Positions 9,081-17,966 of a stretch of 64,000 nt of DNA are shown in pieces. Within the stretch, counting starts at the first letter, position 1, and each line of letters opens with the position of its first letter. Both the position numbers and the translations under genes were made by a program. Under the pieces are notes generated by a model that saw nothing but the letters and a program-made list of their open reading frames with translations, was not told the origin of the DNA and ran no database searches. The stretch covers positions 288,868 through 352,867 of the forward strand of contig JAHEYP010000001.1 in the NCBI GenBank assembly GCA_023251535.1. Direction: 5' to 3'. Source of the stretch: Bacteroidota bacterium. Lineage in GTDB: Bacteria; Bacteroidota; Bacteroidia; AKYH767-A; OLB10.

Positions 9081-9584
9081 TTATTGCTTATACCCTATTT
9101 TTCTTCTAGGCTTTTCCTCTTGAATAAGTAATTGCTTCACCATAGAAAATACATATTGAATTTCTTTGCTATGATCACTTAGTTGATTTTCTATTTTTTC
9201 GATTTTATAAAGTATATCTTTTTGAGAGGTTAGCATTTCCCTCATCTTAACGAACACATCAATAATTCTGATACTTACTTGAATTGCCACTTCGCTTCTC
9301 AATACATTAGAAAGCATCAATACTCCATGTTCGCTAAAAGCATAAGGAAGATATTTTGAATGAGCTCCTTGTTTTAAGGTCGCAAATTGCGACCTTAAAA
9401 CAAGGTATTCCTCTTTGGTCAGTTCAAACATAAAGTGAGAAGGAAACCTGCTGATATTTCTTTTCACTTGCTCCTTTAAACGTTTCGTTTCCACGCCATA
9501 CATATCTGCTAAGTCACTATCAAGAATCACCTTAACGCCTCGGACATAGCGAATCTTACGAATAATTATTTCTTCAGGTATCAT
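9081..9584 (-). CDS. ORF6N domain DNA-binding protein
   Basis: 'IRYVRGVKVILDSDLADMYGVETKRLKEQVKRNISRFPSHFMFELT...LRSQFAT...LPYAFSEHGVLMLS...RKIGY' is the typical stand-alone ORF6N pattern. ATG 9584 is preferred because it avoids overlap with comM. Confidence 0.85.
   Translation of the reverse strand: MIPEEIIIRKIRYVRGVKVILDSDLADMYGVETKRLKEQVKRNISRFPSHFMFELTKEEYLVLRSQFATLKQGAHSKYLPYAFSEHGVLMLSNVLRSEVAIQVSIRIIDVFVKMREMLTSQKDILYKIEKIENQLSDHSKEIQYVFSMVKQLLIQEEKPRRKIGYKQ
9367..9405. repeat. Perfect 39-bp inverted repeat inside the ORF6N coding sequence
   Basis: CCTTGTTTTAAGGTCGCAA-A-TTGCGACCTTAAAACAAGG (19-bp arms, 1-nt spacer). Confidence 0.95.
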
Positions 9585-9595
9585 ATTCTTCTGTT

Positions 9596-11134
9596 TTACC
9601 CTGCCCATCCGTCGCGGTCGAGACTCCTATATAAAATCGCCTCGGCTAAGTGCTCTGTCATTATATCCTCACTATTTGCTAAATCGGCAATCGTTCTTGC
9701 GACCTTTAGAATTCGATCATAAGCCCGAGCTGATAATCCCAAGCGATCCATTGCCGTTTTTAACATCTCATTACTTTCATTATTGATCTTGCATACCTTT
9801 CGCAGCATCCTCGACGACATCTGAGCGTTGCAATAAACACCTTCCATTCCTTCAAATCGCCTTTCCTGAATGATTCTAGCCCCTACAACGCGTTCTCGTA
9901 TACTACTGCTACTCTCAGAGAGTCGACTTTTAGAAAGCTCGCTAAAAGGCACAGGAATCACTTCTACATGCAAGTCGATGCGATCGAGCAATGGCCCTGA
10001 TAAGCGATTAAGGTATTTCTGAACGACACCTGGAGCGCATACACATTCCTTTTCGGGGTGATTGTAAAATCCGCATGGACAAGGATTCATACTCGATACC
10101 AACATAAAACTTGCTGGATATTCTACTGAAAACTTCGCGCGCGAGATGGTTACTTTTCTTTCTTCTAAGGGTTGACGCATCACTTCGAGAACGGTGCGTT
10201 TAAACTCCGGAAGTTCATCAAGGAATAATACTCCGTTGTGAGCAAGTGATATTTCCCCCGGCTGCGGATTACCTCCACCTCCTACCAATGCAATATCGCT
10301 GATGGTATGATGCGGTGATCGAAACGGACGCGTTGTAATTACGCCTCTATGCTTCGCGACTTTTCCGGCTACCGAATGAATCTTTGTTGTTTCGAGTGAT
10401 TCCTCTAAAGTGAGGGGCGGTAGAATAGTAGGAAGTCGTTTTGCAAGCATCGTTTTACCTGCTCCTGGAGGTCCAATTAATATTACATTATGTCCGCCTG
10501 CAGCTGCAATTTCTAAAGCGCGTTTAATATTTTCTTGGCCTTTCACATCCGAAAAATCGAATTCGATTTCTTGCTGATCACGTACAAACTCTTCTCGGAT
10601 ATCCACCACCGTTAGTTGTGTATCATAATGCCCTTCGAAGAAGTTAATTACCTCTTGCAATGTTTTCATTCCGTAAACTTCGAGCCCTTGTACTACTGCT
10701 GCTTCACGGGCATTCTCTTCAGGCAAAATGATTCCTTTGAATCCGTCGTTTTTCGCTTGCACAGCAATGGGCAATGCTCCACGAATAGGAAGCAGATGTC
10801 CGTCGAGCGACAATTCACCCATAATGATATAATCATCAAAATTAGTTGCCGCAATTTGCTCCGATGCAGAGAGTATACAAAGAGCAATCGGCAAATCATA
10901 AGCCGAACCTTCCTTGCGAATATCGGCGGGAGCCAAGTTGATTACAATACGTTTCCCGGGCCAACGATAGTTGTTCGTTTTCAAGGCAGCCTCGATCCGC
11001 TGCTGACTTTCTTTGATGGCGTTATCGGGCAAACCGACCAAAAAAACTTTTACGCCATTGGTCATGTGCACTTCAATTACAATATTGATAGCCGACACTC
11101 CATTGAGTGCGCTTCCATAAGCTTTAACAAGCAT
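9596..11134 (-). CDS. comM: YifB/ComM family Mg-chelatase-like AAA+ ATPase
   Basis: '[11 protein letters not shown]', '[20 protein letters not shown]', Walker A GPPGAGKT, 'RPFRSPHHT', 'LFLDELPEF', 'MNPCPCG', 'SGPLLDRID'. Confidence 0.95.
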   Translation of the reverse strand: MLVKAYGSALNGVSAINIVIEVHMTNGVKVFLVGLPDNAIKESQQRIEAALKTNNYRWPGKRIVINLAPADIRKEGSAYDLPIALCILSASEQIAATNFDDYIIMGELSLDGHLLPIRGALPIAVQAKNDGFKGIILPEENAREAAVVQGLEVYGMKTLQEVINFFEGHYDTQLTVVDIREEFVRDQQEIEFDFSDVKGQENIKRALEIAAAGGHNVILIGPPGAGKTMLAKRLPTILPPLTLEESLETTKIHSVAGKVAKHRGVITTRPFRSPHHTISDIALVGGGGNPQPGEISLAHNGVLFLDELPEFKRTVLEVMRQPLEERKVTISRAKFSVEYPASFMLVSSMNPCPCGFYNHPEKECVCAPGVVQKYLNRLSGPLLDRIDLHVEVIPVPFSELSKSRLSESSSSIRERVVGARIIQERRFEGMEGVYCNAQMSSRMLRKVCKINNESNEMLKTAMDRLGLSARAYDRILKVARTIADLANSEDIMTEHLAEAILYRSLDRDGWAG

Positions 11135-11181
11135 AATAAAATAATTTTCGAACCGATAAAAAACGAGTTCATGATGAGGTG

Positions 11182-11189
11182 CAAAAATA
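11182..11189 (-). promoter_or_regulatory. Bacteroidota -7 promoter box for comM
   Basis: TATTTTTG on the minus strand (TAnnTTTG consensus), ~50 nt upstream of the ATG. Confidence 0.6.
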
Positions 11190-11254
11190 AGTTGGGGGAA
11201 GGAGAATAGGCGTTTACAAGTACTTAATTTTATAAAGGATGCATGATGTCAAAT

Positions 11255-11324
11255 ATCTGCCATCTATCATCTACTATCGATCATCAATCATCAATCATCA
11301 ATCATCAATCATCGATCATCAATT
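11255..11324. repeat. Heptamer tandem repeat (ATCaATC) x10, degenerate
   Basis: atctgcc atctatc atctact atcgatc atcaatc atcaatc atcaatc atcaatc atcgatc atcaatt. Confidence 0.9.
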
Positions 11325-11361
11325 AAAAAAAAATCCCGACCACAAATGTGATCGGGATTTT
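11325..11361 (-). terminator. Intrinsic terminator of the 1594-aa T9SS gene
   Basis: Minus strand reads AAAATCCCGATCAC-ATTT-GTGGTCGGGATTTTTTTTT. Confidence 0.9.
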
Positions 11362-11380
11362 CTTTTAATGATTTTAAAAA

Positions 11381-14300
11381 TTAGTATACAAACTTGCGGC
11401 TCACAACATCTTCACTGTTTTTCAGTGTGATAAAGTATAAACCATGAGGCAAGGAGCTATTTAATTTTATGCTGTTTTCACCTTTAGTAGCTGCAACGTT
11501 GTCTTCTTTGTAAAGTAGTTTCCCAGTTACGTCAGTAATCACTACTGTTACTGGCTCATTGCTGTTGTACATAAAGTCTACATTGATATCATTTGAAGCT
11601 GAAGCTTCACCATAAACATTTGTAATATCGAATGGAGCACGTGAACCAAACCAAACTGCACGAGGTTCAGAGTAAGTGTACTCACCATTGAAGTCAGTTT
11701 GTTTCAAACGATAGTATTGTAAACCGTAAACAGGATGCTCATCATAAGTTGAATAATTCAACATGATATTACTATTATGCATGTATGAGTTCACACGATC
11801 AATATAGCTGTAATCTTTAGCATCTAATGAACGCTCAACAGTGAAGTAATCGTTATCAATTTCAGAAGCAGTAGTCCAATCTAAACGAACTCGTTTTCCT
11901 TCAGCTTTCGCTTTAAAGTCTACTAACTCGATAGGAAGTGGAGTATTGTTGTTAGAGATTGTCCATGGAGTGAAATCACCAATAGGCGCCGCAGGATAGT
12001 TATAAGGAACACCTTGAGCAGGAGCCGTTGGCCAATCCCAGCTAGTAATACGAACACTGTCTAGTGCTTGAGCAGCAACTTGAGTATATGTCTGCACATA
12101 GTTCAACGATGTTTGCTGAACATTGTAGTTTGTTGCACCTGCAACAGGAGCACCAGTTACGGTACCTGCAACAGTAGAGGCACCTAAACTCGTAGGGTTC
12201 GCAATTGTAAATGTGGTAGCTGTTACCGCAGTTACAGTAGCACCAACAATATTGTAACCTGCCGGTGTAATACCTGTCATTGTTACCGCTTGTCCCACTG
12301 CAATTGCATGCGCTACAGATGTGGTATAAGTAATTGTAGTACCATTAGCACTTACACCACCCACTGGAATTGTATACACATTTAATGTCGCATTTGCCGA
12401 GATTCTCATCCATTGCCATGAACCTGCTCTCCAAGGTTGAGCTCTTCCTTGATTCAAGGCCGACATTGCTGTTGTACGTTCAGTTGCCGGAACGGCCGTA
12501 TTAGAGAAACGTAATGTTAAGTCAACAACAGGGTAGTTAACAGCAGGATTTTGAGGACCTGTTTTGCCGATCATCCAATAACGATCAACAGTTTGAGTAG
12601 CATTACTTGCAGTGCTATTATAAGTATCAATATGAGTTACTGTTGGAGGATCAGGTAATACGTTCGCCGACCAGTATTTAGTACCTGCCTTGAATGTTCC
12701 TAAGTCACCAGTTTTATGTAAGAACGTAACCGGCAAATATGTAATAGCCGCAGATACAGTATCGATACGATTTCCGAAAGGAATCGCTCTTCCAACTGCA
12801 GGTGCAGTATAAGCACCAATATTCCAATTTACAACTGAGTTTGGATTTTCACTGATTAAGAATCCTGTACCAACTCCTGCAGGCGTACCTGTAGCTTGAA
12901 CTAATTGTGTTCTCCAGAACGCTGAAGGGCGAGGATCTGTCATAGTAAGTGACTTACCGTTCATGATCATTTGTCCTGCAGTTAAGTAGAACGTATCTTG
13001 AATTGAAATATCTTGATCTAAGTAAATCGGACGAGCATTAGAAGCAGTAGCTGTTTCAACAGAAGCAACACCTGTTCCTGAAGAAGCACCTGTTTGAGTT
13101 CCTGCTATAGTAAACGACACCCCAGCAACAACCGCAGAGATTGTACCTGAAGCATTATAACCTGCCGGTGTTAAGCCTGTAATTTCAACTAACTGTCCAA
13201 CGCTGTAAGTATGTCCCGCAGCCGAGTAAGTAATAGAAGTACCATTACCTAACGCTGAAGTTACTGTAGCATTCGTAGCAGTTACTTTATTCATCGTGAA
13301 CGTATAGAATGTAGTTGGCTGTGTTCCGCCGATACGATTCGATTTATAAGAATCCATGATGAAGCTACTTGTTCCTGCAAGGAATGAGTTATTATTAACC
13401 CAGCTACCTTGAACTACCACTTTAGGTTTACCATAAGGGCGGCTTAATACAAACGTAGCATTCGGACGGAACTGAGAAAGAACGTTAATTAACGGTGTTG
13501 CCACTGTTCCTCCATTTGCAGTGATGTCACCCGCAACCGGAGCAACGAATGAACAAGCAGCAGGAGCGCCTGCAGCAGAGGCAACTAAACGACCTAAGAT
13601 AAGTGTTGAGTTACGACCTGTAGTTTGTGTAACATCGATATAGTCATTATTAGTTGATCCTGTTGTACCAACGTTTGTATAGCAATATTGTATACAGATG
13701 TTATTTACACCATCCCAAGTGATTGGAGAACCTAATGTTAAGGTATTTACACCAAACACGATTGGTTGAGCAGCATTATTATAAACTGTTGTAAATGCTC
13801 CAGCAATAGCTGTAGTATTAGCATATGCAGAGAAAACTGCAGCTGAATTCAGATAACTAATAGAGAAGTTATTATATGTTCTTGTTGGAGTAACTAAATC
13901 GTTATTCTTCACATTTAATTTGATTGCAGTGATTTGATCACCTGCAAGCATACCATAAGTAGCTAACTCCGCAGCAGTATAAATAATTTGCGTTTGTCCT
14001 GCTTTATATGTTTTACCTGGAAGTGGCGTTTGCGTAAAGTTCAATAATGTTCCAGTAGCAACATTGATTGTTGGAGTATAAGAAGTAGTAAATCTTATTT
14101 GTCCATTGTTTGTTACAGTTCCTTTCGCTTTGAAAGAAGCTGCTGATGGATTTGGTGCATCAATTGTTAAAGTATCGGTTACAGCAATTGAAATGTTTTT
14201 ACAAGTTGCAAGAATACCACTCTTAATTACAGGATTGTAATATGTTCCTGATGGAGCGGCCAATGTTTTATTGATTACAACATCATCATTAATTGTTGGA

Positions 14301-16165
14301 ATCGAAGGACACCAGTTAGCTGGGTTATTCCAATCGTTAGTATTACCTAACCATAATTTATATAAACCTGAACAGTTAGGGATGATTGTTACTACGAAAT
14401 CTTCACATTCTCCGTAAGTATATTGTGAACATGGATCAGGATTAGTTACTGCGAACACCTCACGAACACGAAGACGTGTATTTCCAGTAAATCCTGCAGC
14501 AGGAACCGTAAACGGATAAGTTGCAGTTGCATTCGCAGCTAAACTCGTTGACCCTAAACTTTCAGTTGCCTCAAACACGCCATTGTGGTTATAATCAATC
14601 CAAGCACGAATATTATTACTTGAGAACCATGTCCCGGCTTGTACTGTAATTGAATAAGAAGCACCTTGTTGAAGTGTAACCGCTTGGTTAGCTACTCCAG
14701 GACTACGGTATTCGTAATCCGGCGGATGTTGCACAAATCGGCAGTTAGGATAACAAGGTAATGAAGCTAACTGTAAGCTAACCGCATTAGTAGTTGTATT
14801 GATATTTGTTCCACCGTAACCAACTAATGATACCGATTGAACATAGTCATTATTAGTATAACCTGCCCATGCAGTACCAACTATATAAGTAGGGATACAA
14901 TAAGGAATATCAACTTGAAGGGCACCTGACATTGTAAATGTAGCAGGTAATAATGCAGAAGAAGTTCCTCCTGGAGAAGGACAAGTTAATGCGGTTCCTC
15001 CAACGGCTGCACCGCGGAAGTCGGCATCGAGATAGTTATTACCCGCAGCAGTTGCCGAGATATCGTAAGTAATCCAGAAATAAGTTGTATCATATTCTAA
15101 GAAGAAACATGATGCAGCAGCATTGGTGAAATCGATATTCGTTCCGATAGAAGAAAGCGTTGAACCAAACTGCGTTTTAGGATATGACGTACCTGCAGGT
15201 ATACCAGCTGTAGGGAAAGGAGTTACATAACCTGTGCTAAACAAGTTAGAACCTCCTGTATAATATATTTTAGCATTTACGATATCGGCAACATTACTAG
15301 TTCCGTTCGTATTGAATAATAAAGAGTCTAATTTAACAGGTAGCGGACCATTTAAGTTACCGCAACCACTTGTTCCTCCAACAACACAACGAACTCCAAG
15401 AATCCATTGGTTAGTAGCAGATTGTGCAGTTGTTGATTGATTTTGTTGAACTAAATCGAAAGTAACATCACCCGGGCTCATTGAGGTAGGATAAGTATTA
15501 CAAACAAAATTGTCCATATACATATTTTGACCAAACTGGCTAATTCCGTGAATTACAAAATAATTTCTCTTAGCATTATATGTTGCAGCAGGTAACGTGA
15601 ATGTATATTGATACCAGCCTGCAACAGCTACAACAGGGAAGCTACCCATAGGACGGTTAATATAATTAACACCGGCAGCATGGTTAATAGCAACTAAACC
15701 TGTAGTTGTAGGAGTATTATTCCAATAAACCTCGATTTTATCATTTACACCTGCACTTCCTGCATCGCGATACATCCAAAAGCTAAATACCGGATTGTTA
15801 CCACTGTTATTACTGAAATCGAACGGCTTCGAAATCATATAATAATCATCATTGGTGCCCGAACTCCACGAGTTAAACATTACAATATTAGCACCACCGC
15901 CAGGAGCAGCTCCGCAAGCAGGGTTTGCAGCCGAAGCAGCCGCAACACGAGTGAAATTACTCACGTTACTTGCCGGGTTATTAGGCCCTTTAATTGCTTT
16001 CCAACCGGGTGCCGGGAAGATGGATCCTTCAACACTTTCCGTTTGCGTAACAAGAATTTGCGCTTGTGATGTGAAAGGGAAGAGTACGCTAACAACAGTC
16101 AGAATCGCTAATGCCGTAAGCGTTTTTCCGAGAGATGAAACATTCATTGCGTAGTTGTTTTTCAT
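11381..16165 (-). CDS. Large T9SS type A cargo protein (cleaved-adhesin/MAM-like, BNR-associated N-like, GEVED, beta-helical region, 'LPIELxxF' domain, CTD)
   Basis: Signal peptide; GEVED-like 'AWIDYNHNGVFE...GNTRLRVR...YGECEDF'; 'WLGNTNDWNNPANW'; 'PLPIELVDFKA...WTTASEIDNDYFTVERS...YYRLKQTDFNG'; CTD 'DVTGKLL...GLYFITL...KFVY'. Confidence 0.85.
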   Translation of the reverse strand: MKNNYAMNVSSLGKTLTALAILTVVSVLFPFTSQAQILVTQTESVEGSIFPAPGWKAIKGPNNPASNVSNFTRVAAASAANPACGAAPGGGANIVMFNSWSSGTNDDYYMISKPFDFSNNSGNNPVFSFWMYRDAGSAGVNDKIEVYWNNTPTTTGLVAINHAAGVNYINRPMGSFPVVAVAGWYQYTFTLPAATYNAKRNYFVIHGISQFGQNMYMDNFVCNTYPTSMSPGDVTFDLVQQNQSTTAQSATNQWILGVRCVVGGTSGCGNLNGPLPVKLDSLLFNTNGTSNVADIVNAKIYYTGGSNLFSTGYVTPFPTAGIPAGTSYPKTQFGSTLSSIGTNIDFTNAAASCFFLEYDTTYFWITYDISATAAGNNYLDADFRGAAVGGTALTCPSPGGTSSALLPATFTMSGALQVDIPYCIPTYIVGTAWAGYTNNDYVQSVSLVGYGGTNINTTTNAVSLQLASLPCYPNCRFVQHPPDYEYRSPGVANQAVTLQQGASYSITVQAGTWFSSNNIRAWIDYNHNGVFEATESLGSTSLAANATATYPFTVPAAGFTGNTRLRVREVFAVTNPDPCSQYTYGECEDFVVTIIPNCSGLYKLWLGNTNDWNNPANWCPSIPTINDDVVINKTLAAPSGTYYNPVIKSGILATCKNISIAVTDTLTIDAPNPSAASFKAKGTVTNNGQIRFTTSYTPTINVATGTLLNFTQTPLPGKTYKAGQTQIIYTAAELATYGMLAGDQITAIKLNVKNNDLVTPTRTYNNFSISYLNSAAVFSAYANTTAIAGAFTTVYNNAAQPIVFGVNTLTLGSPITWDGVNNICIQYCYTNVGTTGSTNNDYIDVTQTTGRNSTLILGRLVASAAGAPAACSFVAPVAGDITANGGTVATPLINVLSQFRPNATFVLSRPYGKPKVVVQGSWVNNNSFLAGTSSFIMDSYKSNRIGGTQPTTFYTFTMNKVTATNATVTSALGNGTSITYSAAGHTYSVGQLVEITGLTPAGYNASGTISAVVAGVSFTIAGTQTGASSGTGVASVETATASNARPIYLDQDISIQDTFYLTAGQMIMNGKSLTMTDPRPSAFWRTQLVQATGTPAGVGTGFLISENPNSVVNWNIGAYTAPAVGRAIPFGNRIDTVSAAITYLPVTFLHKTGDLGTFKAGTKYWSANVLPDPPTVTHIDTYNSTASNATQTVDRYWMIGKTGPQNPAVNYPVVDLTLRFSNTAVPATERTTAMSALNQGRAQPWRAGSWQWMRISANATLNVYTIPVGGVSANGTTITYTTSVAHAIAVGQAVTMTGITPAGYNIVGATVTAVTATTFTIANPTSLGASTVAGTVTGAPVAGATNYNVQQTSLNYVQTYTQVAAQALDSVRITSWDWPTAPAQGVPYNYPAAPIGDFTPWTISNNNTPLPIELVDFKAKAEGKRVRLDWTTASEIDNDYFTVERSLDAKDYSYIDRVNSYMHNSNIMLNYSTYDEHPVYGLQYYRLKQTDFNGEYTYSEPRAVWFGSRAPFDITNVYGEASASNDINVDFMYNSNEPVTVVITDVTGKLLYKEDNVAATKGENSIKLNSSLPHGLYFITLKNSEDVVSRKFVY

Positions 16166-16633
16166 GCTTTACAGGTTTGAACTAATACTAATTCGTGTAG
16201 ATATGTCTGATGTAAGATAATTGGGAAATTAATTCGGTTTTGCCAGATAAATGTACGGATAAATTTCCCTTAATCGAATCAGTAAGACTCACGAATCTTC
16301 GAAAAGTTTCAAAGTATCGTAAGATTTTACTGTAAGTTCCGATTAATTTATCCTCATTTTATCATTAATTTCTGGGTAAATGTAGTAATCCAATTTAAAA
16401 ATTGCAAGTAGTTTTTACCTGTTCGGACCTCATTTAAGCTAAATCAAAGGATTTAATTGGTAAAAGTGACTTATTTCTGGGTGAAAAATCCAAACCAAAT
16501 CAAGGAAGTTTGAAAAACCACTTACTTGTTGAAAGTCAATTATTTAACTCATTTCTTGACTTTTTAGATTTCCTTTCGGATTTTATCTTTTCTATTTCAT
16601 TATCCGTTTTTTTGACCTTAACTTCGCCATCTC

Positions 16634-17959
16634 ATGACCGGAAAAATTTCTTCTATTTTTAATACTTGGGGGTCCGAAAAAACGGCTCGCGCACTCACAA
16701 TTGCGTCCAAACGGTTCAATTGTTTTAGCATTTTGGAAACCGGTCGATTGAAATCCGAATCAAATGGCAATAAATCAATTGGTTACGATTTCGTATGTGC
16801 CATTAATACCGACAAAGAAATCAGCTCGAATACAGCTCAATTTTCTGAAATTCAAGATTTTATAACCAAAAACCAGGGGCATTGGATTTTTGGGCACTTC
16901 AACTACGATATCAAAAATTCGATCGAACCATCTCTTTCCGGTGGCCTCCCCGACCCTGTCGGATTCCCCGACTTCCAACTTTTCGTTCCCAAAACGGTGG
17001 TAATTTGCCAAAATGGGCGTATCAGCATTTCGGGTGATGAGTCAGTACTCCTTGAAGTTTTAGATGCCGATTCGGACGAACTCTTGCCATCACTTAAGCG
17101 AGAACCCGGATTCACTTCCCAAGTTTCGTTTGAAGAATATCAACGCAACTTCGAAAAAATCAAGTTCCACCTTCAACGTGGCGATATCTACGAAATCAAT
17201 TATTGTATTCCGTTTATCGCCCATGACGCGGAGTTAAACCTACCAGCACTTCGTTTAAAGCAAAGAAACTTATCCCCTGCCCCTTTTTCGGTTTTGTATA
17301 AATCGGATATCCACTGGCTAAGTTGCGCCAGCCCCGAACGCTTCATCCGCAAATCGGGAAATAAAATAATCAGCCAACCAATTAAAGGTACGGCACGCCG
17401 TAGTGGGAACAGCGCTACGGACGCTATTGCGAAAAGCAATTTATTGAATAGCGAAAAAGAAAAAGCAGAGAATATTATGATCGTTGACTTAGTGCGCAAC
17501 GATTTAAGTAGAATTGCTCAAAAAGGAAGTGTAAATGTCGATGAACTCTTCGGTATTTATGAATTTGCCCATGTGTTTCAGATGATCTCTACTATCTCGG
17601 CTACCCTAAAAGAAAATATAAAGTTTACGGATATCCTAAAAGCACTATTCCCGGCAGGCTCTATGACCGGAGCACCGAAGATCAGTGCAATGAAAATTAT
17701 TGAAGAAACCGAATCTTTTAAACGCGGATTATTCAGCGGAACTGTCGGATATATCGACCCCAACGGCGATTTCGACTTCAACGTTGTTATTAGAAGTATT
17801 TTATACAATGAAGAAACCAAAACAGCGTTAATTCCTGCCGGTGGAGCCCTCACTGTAAAATGTAATGCTCTAGATGAATACAATGAGTGCCTTTTAAAAG
17901 CACAGGCTAACCTCGAATTATTAGCTGACACGAAGGCTGAATTCGAAAAAGCAGAATAA
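16634..17959 (+). CDS. pabB: Aminodeoxychorismate synthase component I (chorismate-binding family)
   Basis: 'GDIYEINY', 'SPERF', 'PIKGT', 'KEKAENIMIVDLVRNDL', 'FPAGSMTGAPK', 'NVVIRS'. Confidence 0.9.
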   Translation: MTGKISSIFNTWGSEKTARALTIASKRFNCFSILETGRLKSESNGNKSIGYDFVCAINTDKEISSNTAQFSEIQDFITKNQGHWIFGHFNYDIKNSIEPSLSGGLPDPVGFPDFQLFVPKTVVICQNGRISISGDESVLLEVLDADSDELLPSLKREPGFTSQVSFEEYQRNFEKIKFHLQRGDIYEINYCIPFIAHDAELNLPALRLKQRNLSPAPFSVLYKSDIHWLSCASPERFIRKSGNKIISQPIKGTARRSGNSATDAIAKSNLLNSEKEKAENIMIVDLVRNDLSRIAQKGSVNVDELFGIYEFAHVFQMISTISATLKENIKFTDILKALFPAGSMTGAPKISAMKIIEETESFKRGLFSGTVGYIDPNGDFDFNVVIRSILYNEETKTALIPAGGALTVKCNALDEYNECLLKAQANLELLADTKAEFEKAE

Positions 17960-17966
17960 CAAAACT

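Noticed and set aside
9596-11134. comM as an occupied integration site
   Set aside because: The gene is intact and full length, with no integrase or att duplication visible
10616-11209. 197-aa plus-strand ORF
   Set aside because: Antisense shadow of comM with no recognisable motifs
11255-11324. Heptamer array as a CRISPR
   Set aside because: No spacers, units far too short, no cas genes
11239-11430. 63-aa ORF with SSIINHQ repeats
   Set aside because: Translation of the heptamer array and terminator
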